The translations under genes and the position numbers were made by a program. A stretch of 64,000 nucleotides of DNA. Origin: an uncultured Acidobacteriota bacterium (GTDB lineage: Bacteria > Acidobacteriota > Thermoanaerobaculia > UBA5066 > Gp7-AA6). How positions within the stretch are numbered: the stretch's first letter is position 1; the number at the start of each line of letters is the position of its first letter. Positions 51,581 to 64,000 of this stretch are shown one piece after another. The stretch is taken from NCBI GenBank assembly GCA_963764715.1, contig CAVXTP010000017.1, forward strand, positions 146,112 through 210,111. Reading direction: 5' to 3'. Below the pieces are notes generated by a model, which saw nothing but the letters and a program-made list of their open reading frames with translations, was not told where the DNA came from and did no database searches.

Positions 51581-53025
51581 CACACCACCGGCGCCGCCAG
51601 CGCCGCTCCCGACCGCGTCTGAACGTCCCGCATCGCTTCGCCGAGAATCGCGATGCCCCGCTCGATCTCCCGCCGCTCCACGCGCGAAACGGAGAGGCGC
51701 AGGTTCGGCCGGTCCTCGCCGCGCGGATCGAAATCCTGCCCCGGCGCGACCCCCACGCCCCGCGCGGCCGCCGCCTCCGCGACGCGCCGGCCGGACATTC
51801 CTTCCGGCAGCTGCAGCCAGAACAGCGGATTCGCGCCGGCCCCGCCCCACCAGGTCACGCCCGGAAGCGCCGCGCGCAGCGCCTGCTTGGCGACCGCGGC
51901 GCGCTGGGAGACTTCCTCCGCGCGCGCCTGCCGGACCTTGCGGTCCCCGCCGGCCCGCAGGAACGCCGCGACCGCCGCCTGCAGCGGAACGGGCGTCTGA
52001 AAGTCGGTCGCCTTCTTGACGCGCGCGAGCCGCTCGACGATCGCCGGATCCGCCGCGACCCAGCCGATCCGGAAGCCCGGCACGAGATCCTTCGAGAGCG
52101 TCCCGAGCCAGACGGTCCGCCGCGGCTCGCGCGCCGAGAGGGGTGGCTCGCCCGACTCGGGCTCTTCGTAGCCGTCCTCGACGAGGAGGGCGCCCGCGGA
52201 AAGCGCCGCCTGGAGCAGCGCTTCGCGCCGGCGCGGTCCCGTCGTGATGCCGGTCGGGTTCTGCCGCTCGGGCATCACGTAACAGAGCTTGACGCGGCGG
52301 CCGTAGAGCGGCGCGGGATCGGGGCCGCCCGCGTCCATCGGCAGCGGCAGGATCGAGACCCCCGCCAGGCGCGCCAGCGTCAGCGCGCCGGAGTAGGTCG
52401 GAGATTCCATCGCCACGAGGTCGGAAGGGTCGGCGAACGTCCGGAAGATCAGGTCGAGGCCCTGCTGCGCCCCGCTGACGACCAGGATCTCTTCGGGCGA
52501 CCGGGTGAGGCCGATCTCGGCGAGGCGCCGCGAGATCTCGGCGCGGAGCTCCTCGAGGCCGAGCGGGGGAGCGTACTGCCAGAGGTCCCGGCGGCGGCTC
52601 CAGGCGTACGCCAGCGTGCGCGTGAACTCCTCGAGCGGGAAAAATCGCTCATCCGGAGCGAGCCGGGAAAAGTCGGCGACGACGGGCTCAGAAATCGCGA
52701 TCGAGGACTCGGCCGGCAGCTCCGCCGCCCGGCGCGAGAGCAGGTCGGAAAGGCGAAAAGGGGAGTCGGCGGAAGGGGAGACCCGGCACACGACCGTGCC
52801 GCTGCCGACGCGGCCGGCGATCAGCCCTCGTTTCTGGAGGCGGCGGTAGGCGGCCTGGACGGTTCCGCGGTTGACGCCGAGAGCGGCGGCGAGCTCCCGT
52901 GTCGTCGGGAGCCGGCTGTTCTCGGAAAGGAGGCCCCCCGCTATGCGGCTCTCGATCGCGTCGTAGACCTGTTCCGCGAGCGGAACCCCCCCGCGCCGAT
53001 CGATCGAAAACTGGTTCAGATCCAA
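51580..53025 (-). CDS. MocR/PdxR family PLP-binding GntR regulator (start TTG 53025 or 53058)
   Basis: wHTH LPTTRELAAALGVNRGTV...GSGT, aminotransferase-like SGAQQG, QNPTG, LSK...PGFRIGW. Adjacent to pdxST. Confidence 0.9.
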   Translation of the reverse strand: MDLNQFSIDRRGGVPLAEQVYDAIESRIAGGLLSENSRLPTTRELAAALGVNRGTVQAAYRRLQKRGLIAGRVGSGTVVCRVSPSADSPFRLSDLLSRRAAELPAESSIAISEPVVADFSRLAPDERFFPLEEFTRTLAYAWSRRRDLWQYAPPLGLEELRAEISRRLAEIGLTRSPEEILVVSGAQQGLDLIFRTFADPSDLVAMESPTYSGALTLARLAGVSILPLPMDAGGPDPAPLYGRRVKLCYVMPERQNPTGITTGPRRREALLQAALSAGALLVEDGYEEPESGEPPLSAREPRRTVWLGTLSKDLVPGFRIGWVAADPAIVERLARVKKATDFQTPVPLQAAVAAFLRAGGDRKVRQARAEEVSQRAAVAKQALRAALPGVTWWGGAGANPLFWLQLPEGMSGRRVAEAAAARGVGVAPGQDFDPRGEDRPNLRLSVSRVERREIERGIAILGEAMRDVQTRSGAALAAPVV

Positions 53026-53149
53026 TTGGCCTGCCACCGAGCCAATTGTATGGTCCAACCAGGCTTTTGGCTAGATCCGGAATTACGGCAGTTTAGCTAC
53101 TGCAAATAACGTATTTGTAAACAATTACATTAAATCTACAGCGGGTTCG

Positions 53150-53416
53150 TCAGGCTCCGTGTTTTCGCAGCTCGTCCTCGAGCGTCCGGGTGAACTGAAA
53201 TTCGCGGTCTTTTTCCGACAAAGCCTTCCGCTTGGCGAGCGCTGCTCTCACCTTCTCCTCGATCGCATCGAGCTCGCCGAAGCTGTCGGTCAGCTCCCGG
53301 ACGACTGCCCGGCGAACCGTTTCGTCGTCGGATTTCTGCTCGAGGTTGCGGTTTTCCTTGAGGCTCTTCAGGACCACCCGCGCCAGGTACAGGATCCGGT
53401 CGGCGGACGCCTTCAC
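53150..53416 (-). CDS. DUF507-like small protein
   Basis: GTGA overlap with the upstream gene. Helical pattern RILYLARVVLKSL...IEEKVRAAL...LEDELRKHG. Confidence 0.6.
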   Translation of the reverse strand: MKASADRILYLARVVLKSLKENRNLEQKSDDETVRRAVVRELTDSFGELDAIEEKVRAALAKRKALSEKDREFQFTRTLEDELRKHGA

Positions 53417-54036
53417 GAGGGCCTCCCCGTTCGCAGGTCGTCCGACAGCGGATGCCGGAGAAGCTGCTCGATGACCGAGCCCGGCAGCGCCACCACGTCG
53501 GCCCCCATCAGGGCCGCATCGAGGACGTGGATCGGATTCTTGGCCTCGGAAACGACGATCTGGGTCTGGTAGCCATAGTTGTCGTACAGGCGAATCACCT
53601 GCTCGACGAGGTCCATCCCGATCGTTCCGATGTCGTCGAGCGGCGCGACGGCGGGCGCGACGTAGCTGACGTTGGCCTTGGCCGCGATCAGCGCCTGCGA
53701 GGCCGAATAGCAACCCGAGGCGCAGACGGCGACCTGGTCCTGGGCGAGGAGGCGCGCCACGCGCAGGCCCTCGGGCTTGAGAGGCACCCGGACGATGACG
53801 TCCTTGCCGAGCTTGGCGAGCTCGCGCGCCTCCTTGTACATGCCCTTCGGATCGTCGGCCGTGAGCTCGACGAGAACGGGGCCGTCCGTGATCGACGCGA
53901 GGTCGCGGATGGCCTTGCGATAGTCCGAGCCCGCGGCCTGCGCCGCGGCGGCCGTGAGCCACACGCCGTCGAGCAGGCCCAGGTCCTTGATGCGGCGGGC
54001 CTCCTCGGCGCCGCCCCCGTCCAGAAAGAATCGCAT
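53413..54036 (-). CDS. Transaldolase/FSA family homolog lacking catalytic residues
   Basis: Colinear with short transaldolases (FFLD, DGV, SQALIAAKA, LDDIG, NPIHVLDAALMGAD, HPL) but with active-site motifs altered. Confidence 0.85.
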   Translation of the reverse strand: MRFFLDGGGAEEARRIKDLGLLDGVWLTAAAAQAAGSDYRKAIRDLASITDGPVLVELTADDPKGMYKEARELAKLGKDVIVRVPLKPEGLRVARLLAQDQVAVCASGCYSASQALIAAKANVSYVAPAVAPLDDIGTIGMDLVEQVIRLYDNYGYQTQIVVSEAKNPIHVLDAALMGADVVALPGSVIEQLLRHPLSDDLRTGRPS

Positions 54037-54055
54037 GGGGGCGGGATTCTATAGG

Positions 54056-54121
54056 AGCGGACGGCGGACGGCAGAAGCCAGGCGGCAGGAGGCAGGAGGC
54101 AGGTGGCAGGAAGCAGTAAGC
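54056..54121. repeat. Heptamer tandem array (GGCAGGA-like, about 9 copies)
   Basis: ggcggac ggcagaa gccaggc ggcagga ggcagga ggcaggt ggcagga agcagta. Confidence 0.8.
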
Positions 54122-54160
54122 GAGGGCCGGTAGGGGTCCGGCCCCCGGATTGACCGAGCG

Positions 54161-56812
<2,652 letters not shown>

Positions 56813-56828
56813 GCTCGTCCGTTCGGTC

Positions 56829-56880
56829 GTAGGGGCGGGGCTGGTCCTCGCCCGAGGGCGGCCTCAAGGGCCGCCCCTAC
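56829..56880. repeat. GTAG-type REP doublet between gyrB and gyrA
   Basis: GTAGGGGCGGGGCTGGTCCTCGCCC...GGGCGGCCTCAAGGGCCGCCCCTAC. Confidence 0.85.
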
Positions 56881-56884
56881 GGTG

Positions 56885-60431
<3,547 letters not shown>

Positions 60432-60439
60432 GCGGTCTA

Positions 60440-60565
60440 GTGTCCTGTAACAGATGTTTCGATATCACCCTCGGCGCTCAACTGCTGCTGAAACGCTTGG
60501 AGTGCCAGGGCCACGGTGTCTGTATTAAGCTTGGTGGCACTATTGAATCTTCGGTCACAGAACAC
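60440..60565. mobile_element. 126-bp MITE-like element with IS630-like ends
   Basis: 25-bp imperfect terminal inverted repeats (19/25), TA at the left flank, lower GC than the flanks. Confidence 0.65.
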
Positions 60566-60585
60566 CTGTCCCACCTCGAGAGAAT

Positions 60586-61698
60586 TCAGAGACGCATCGG
60601 CATGACGACGTACAGGTAACGGGAGGCGCCCTCGATGCCTCCCTCCGGCTGGCACAGGCACTGGGTGTTTTCGTCCTTGAGGTCCAGCCGGACGGTCTCC
60701 GTCTCGGCCTCCTCGAAGAAGTCGAGGAGGTATTGCGCGTTCAAGCCGATCGAGAGCGGTTCGCCGTCGAACTCGACGTCGAGCGTCTCGGTGCCCTCGC
60801 CGAGCTCCTGGCTCGCGGAAGCGACGGTCAGGAGGTTTTTCTCGAACGAGAGCTTCACGCCCCGCGAGCGCTCCGAGGAGAAGAGCGCGACGCGGCGGAT
60901 CGCGTCCTTCGTCGCTCCGGACGGGACCTTGGCGACCCGGTCGTTCGACTTCGAGAGGATCTTCTCGTAGTCGGGGAAGTTGACGTCGAGAAGTCGCGCG
61001 ACGAGCTGGCGGCTGCCGACCGTGAAGAGTAGATGATTCTCGGAGTGCCGGATCTCCAGGCGTGCGTCCGAACCGCCGTCCATCTTGAGGATCTCGGCGA
61101 GGGCCTTCTTCGGGATGAGGACGTTCGGGATCGTCGCCTTGGCGTCCTCCTTGGGAAAGTCGATCAGGGCCAGGCGGTGGCCGTCGGTCGCGACGAGCTC
61201 GAATTCCTTGCCCTTATCCTTGAGGAGAGCCCCCATGAGCTGAAACCGAGTCTCCTCGGCCGAAACTGCGTATAAAACCTTACGGGTCAGTCGTTTCCAT
61301 AGATCGAGCGGGAACGAGACCCCCTTCTTCGCCTCGACCTTCGGGACCGTCGGGAAGTCCTCGGCCGGCTGCGCGACCAGGCGGAAGTTCGACCGCTGGC
61401 AGGTCACGCCCAGGTAGTGATTGTCGAGCAGTTTCAGCGCGACGTCGGCCTCCGGAAGGTTGCGGATGAGGTCGAACAGTTTTCGCGCCGGGACCGTCAC
61501 GCTGCCCGGGCGCTTGACGTGCGCTTCGGCTTCCGAGAGGAGCGTCAGGTCGAGGTCCGTCGACGTGAAGGAGAGGTGCCCGTCGGCCGCCCGGAGAAGG
61601 ATGTTGGAGAGGATGGGAATCGTGTTCTTCCTCTCCACGACCCCCTGCATGAGCGTGAGCTCATTCAAGAAGTCGCCCCTTTTCAGCGTTAATTCCAT
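60586..61698 (-). CDS. dnaN: DNA polymerase III beta clamp
   Basis: TIPILSN, ATDGHRL, FPDY, VVMPMRL. Confidence 0.98.
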   Translation of the reverse strand: MELTLKRGDFLNELTLMQGVVERKNTIPILSNILLRAADGHLSFTSTDLDLTLLSEAEAHVKRPGSVTVPARKLFDLIRNLPEADVALKLLDNHYLGVTCQRSNFRLVAQPAEDFPTVPKVEAKKGVSFPLDLWKRLTRKVLYAVSAEETRFQLMGALLKDKGKEFELVATDGHRLALIDFPKEDAKATIPNVLIPKKALAEILKMDGGSDARLEIRHSENHLLFTVGSRQLVARLLDVNFPDYEKILSKSNDRVAKVPSGATKDAIRRVALFSSERSRGVKLSFEKNLLTVASASQELGEGTETLDVEFDGEPLSIGLNAQYLLDFFEEAETETVRLDLKDENTQCLCQPEGGIEGASRYLYVVMPMRL

Positions 61699-61926
61699 GG
61701 GGATTTCCCACCTCCGGAAAGAGAAAAAAGTCTATCACATTTAGCCGCAATTGTAGGGCGGCGGAAGAATCGGGAACGTCAAAAAAAGCCAATAAAAACG
61801 GGGTCGAAATCGATGTCGCTCCTGCGGAGCTTATCGGAAGTCTTCCGCGTGCGGGCGACTTTCGCGAAGGCGCCGACCGGGTGCGGAAAACACGTCGGCG
61901 GATAACTCCCGGCGGACCTCGATCGA
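61699..61926. other. Candidate oriC segment (dnaA-dnaN intergenic)
   Basis: A-rich tracts and degenerate boxes TGCGGAAAA (61882) and GGCGGATAA (61897). Confidence 0.5.
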
Positions 61927-63243
61927 CTAGCGGTACGGCTGCAGAAAACCGTCGACGACCCTGCGGAAATCGACGTCGTCCTCGATCATTCGCTCGATCT
62001 TCTCGACCGAATGCATCACGGTCGAGTGGTGCTTGTCGTTGAAGAGCCGCCCGATCTCCGGGTACGAGAGCTCGGTCAGCTTCCGGCAGAGGTACATGGC
62101 CACCTGGCGGGGAAAAGCCACCGGCTTGGCGTTCGACTTGGCCTTCATGTCGGAGACCCGGAGCCCGTAGTGGGAGGCCACGGCCTTCAGGATCTCGGAG
62201 GGAACGGCCTTGTGCTCCTCGGTCCCCACGATGTCCCGGAGGGTCTCCCGGGCGAGCTCGACCGACATGGGCTTGCCCGTCAGCGAGGAGAAGGCGATGA
62301 CCCGGTTGAGCCTCCCCTCGAGCTCCCGGACGTTCGACTTGACGGTCGACGCGATGAACATGGCGACGTCGTTGGGGACGTCGGCCTTCTCGGCCGCCGC
62401 CTTCTTGCGGATGATGGCGACCTTCATCTCGAGGTCCGGCGGCTGGATGTCGGCGATCAGGCCCCACTCGAACCGCGAGCGCAGGCGTTCCTCGAGCGTC
62501 GGGATCTCCTTGGGGAGGGCGTCGGAGGTCACGACGATCTGCTTCTGCGCGTCGTGCAGAGCGTTGAACGTGTGGAAGAACTCTTCCTGGGTCGAGTCCT
62601 TGCCGGCGATGAACTGGACGTCGTCCATCAGGAGCACGTCGAGCTCGCGGTACCTGCGCTTGAATTCGTGCATCCGCTCGAAGCGCAGCGCGTTGATGAG
62701 ATCGTTCAGGAACCGCTCGGCCGAGAGATACAGGACGCGCGCGTCCGGGTTGCGGCGCAGGACCTCCTGCGCGATCGCGTGCATGAGGTGGGTCTTGCCG
62801 AGACCGACGCCGCCGTAGAGAAAGAGCGGGTTGTACGAGCGCGAGGGCTGTTCCGCGACCGCCCGGGCCGCGGCGTGCGCGAACTGATTGGAGGAGCCCA
62901 CGACGAACGTGTCGAACGTGAAGCGGGGATGGGCGGTCTGGCCCCGCACCGGGGGCGGCGCGGCGCTCGCCGGCGGCAGCGGGACCGGTTCGTCGGGGGA
63001 GGCCTCGAAACGGATCTGGAGGCCCGGGTGCCCCGCGGCTTCCGCGCCCCGCGCGAGAAGCTCCCCGTGGCGGGACTCGATCCAGTCGGCGAAGACGCGG
63101 GAGGGCACCGAGACCGTCAGGACCGGAGAGCCCGTGGAGGAGTCGAAGTCGACCTGCCGCGTGGGCCCGAACCAGGTCTTGAGCTCCTTGGGATCGAGTT
63201 TTCCCTCGATCTGCTTGAGAACGGAGCTCCAAATCTCGGTCAT
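61927..63243 (-). CDS. dnaA: Chromosomal replication initiator DnaA
   Basis: YNPLFLYGGVGLGKTHL, QEEFFHTFN, RLRSRF, RELEG, RQVAMYL. Confidence 0.98.
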   Translation of the reverse strand: MTEIWSSVLKQIEGKLDPKELKTWFGPTRQVDFDSSTGSPVLTVSVPSRVFADWIESRHGELLARGAEAAGHPGLQIRFEASPDEPVPLPPASAAPPPVRGQTAHPRFTFDTFVVGSSNQFAHAAARAVAEQPSRSYNPLFLYGGVGLGKTHLMHAIAQEVLRRNPDARVLYLSAERFLNDLINALRFERMHEFKRRYRELDVLLMDDVQFIAGKDSTQEEFFHTFNALHDAQKQIVVTSDALPKEIPTLEERLRSRFEWGLIADIQPPDLEMKVAIIRKKAAAEKADVPNDVAMFIASTVKSNVRELEGRLNRVIAFSSLTGKPMSVELARETLRDIVGTEEHKAVPSEILKAVASHYGLRVSDMKAKSNAKPVAFPRQVAMYLCRKLTELSYPEIGRLFNDKHHSTVMHSVEKIERMIEDDVDFRRVVDGFLQPYR

Positions 63244-63256
63244 CGTGCGCAGCCTT

Positions 63257-63298
63257 TTTTCCACAGGTTTTCCACAGCTGTGGAAGGCCTGTGGCGAA
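63257..63298. promoter_or_regulatory. DnaA-box array upstream of dnaA
   Basis: TTTTCCACA at 63257 and 63268, inverted TGTGGAAGG at 63279 and TGTGGCGAA at 63290, 11-bp phasing. Confidence 0.8.
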
Positions 63299-63392
63299 CC
63301 GGGGGGCGGAGTATATCGAAGGCCGGGGCCGCCGTTGCGCCTTTCTCGAAACCCCGTTTCGCCCGCCCGGAACCGCGTTCCGCAAGTGTTTC

Positions 63393-63421
63393 TTGACTTC
63401 TGCCCCCGTCGCACCTAGCAT
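63393..63421 (+). promoter_or_regulatory. Sigma70-type promoter of rpmH
   Basis: TTGACT-N17-TAGCAT. Confidence 0.75.
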
Positions 63422-63432
63422 TCGCCCTCCTT

Positions 63433-63567
63433 ATGAAGCGCACCTACCAGCCCAACAATCGGCGCCGCAAGCGCACCCACGGTTTCCTCGTCCGGATGCG
63501 GACGCGGGCCGGGCGTGCCGTACTGTCGGCGCGCCGGCGCAAGGGGCGCAAGAAACTCTCGGTGTGA
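63433..63567 (+). CDS. rpmH: 50S ribosomal protein L34
   Basis: [44 protein letters not shown]. Confidence 0.98.
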   Translation: MKRTYQPNNRRRKRTHGFLVRMRTRAGRAVLSARRRKGRKKLSV

Positions 63568-63944
63568 ACTCGGGCCCGGCCGTCTCCGAGACCTTCTCGC
63601 GAGACGACCGCCTCCGCAAACGCAGGGGATTCGAAGAGTGCTACGCCTCCGGGGTGCGCGTTTCCGGGCGACACGTCCAGGTCTTCGTCCTCGCCGCCGC
63701 CACGGACGGCCGGCCCCGCCTCGGGATCTCGGTGCCGCGCCGGGTCGGGACCTCGGTCACGCGCAATCGCGCCCGACGCCGCCTGCGGGAGATCTTCCGG
63801 CGCTCGCGGGAGCTCTTCGCCTCGACGCCGGCCACGGTCGTCGTCAACGTCCGGCCCTCGGCGGCCGGCGCGGACTTCGCGGATCTCGCGGAGGACTATC
63901 GGACGGCCGTGACGCGCGCCCTGGCGCGGCTCCCGCGACGTTGA
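63564..63944 (+). CDS. rnpA: Ribonuclease P protein component
   Basis: [11 protein letters not shown]...[10 protein letters not shown]. Follows rpmH. Confidence 0.95.
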   Translation: MNSGPAVSETFSRDDRLRKRRGFEECYASGVRVSGRHVQVFVLAAATDGRPRLGISVPRRVGTSVTRNRARRRLREIFRRSRELFASTPATVVVNVRPSAAGADFADLAEDYRTAVTRALARLPRR

Positions 63945-64000
63945 GCGCGCCCGCCCGCGCCGCCTCCGCCCTGCTCGGCTTCTACAAGCGTTTCCTCTCC
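63941..64000 (+). CDS. yidD: Membrane protein insertion efficiency factor YidD (partial)
   Basis: ...LLGFYKRFLS directly after rnpA. Confidence 0.75.
   Translation, partial: MSAPARAASALLGFYKRFLS

Noticed and set aside
53108-53136. AT-rich stretch with TTACATTAAAT resembling the XerD arm of dif
   Set aside because: No proper XerC arm at 6-bp spacing and located near oriC. More likely upstream promoter DNA for pdxR.
16694-54121. Dispersed repeats as a CRISPR array
   Set aside because: No regular repeat-spacer structure and no cas genes.
60461-60587. Cluster of restriction sites (EcoRV, HindIII, XhoI, EcoRI) suggesting vector contamination
   Set aside because: The sites are dispersed rather than polylinker-like, and the terminal inverted repeats explain the segment better.

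Overview
High-GC bacterial chromosome segment that includes the replication-origin gene block (yidD-rnpA-rpmH / dnaA-dnaN-recF-gyrB-gyrA). Gene content and TTTTCCACA DnaA boxes suggest an Acidobacteriota-like organism (inference, no search run). Most of the window is core genes: a dispersed dprA-topA-trmFO-xerC-hslVU-dapF cluster, pdxR-pdxS-pdxT and mpl. Accessory modules are a cobalamin-riboswitch-controlled BtuB-like receptor, a larB/deoxyhypusine-synthase/MOSC operon, GT-C membrane glycosyltransferases, a methyltransferase-GT2-double radical SAM operon, a TPR/peptidase-propeller-Omp85 operon, an ECF42-DGPF module with two matching promoters, and hicAB. The most unusual signals are: a transaldolase homolog lacking its catalytic residues, coupled to DUF507; a membrane-transporter remnant fused in frame to the BtuB-like receptor, with a REP read through inside it; a poly-C13 tract upstream of a glycosyltransferase; a 126-bp IS630-like MITE between dnaN and recF; pervasive apparently leaderless genes; and two families of small repeats. 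Four +1 frameshifts look like sequencing errors. No CRISPR array, rRNA or tRNA was recognised. All family assignments come from motif recognition by eye.
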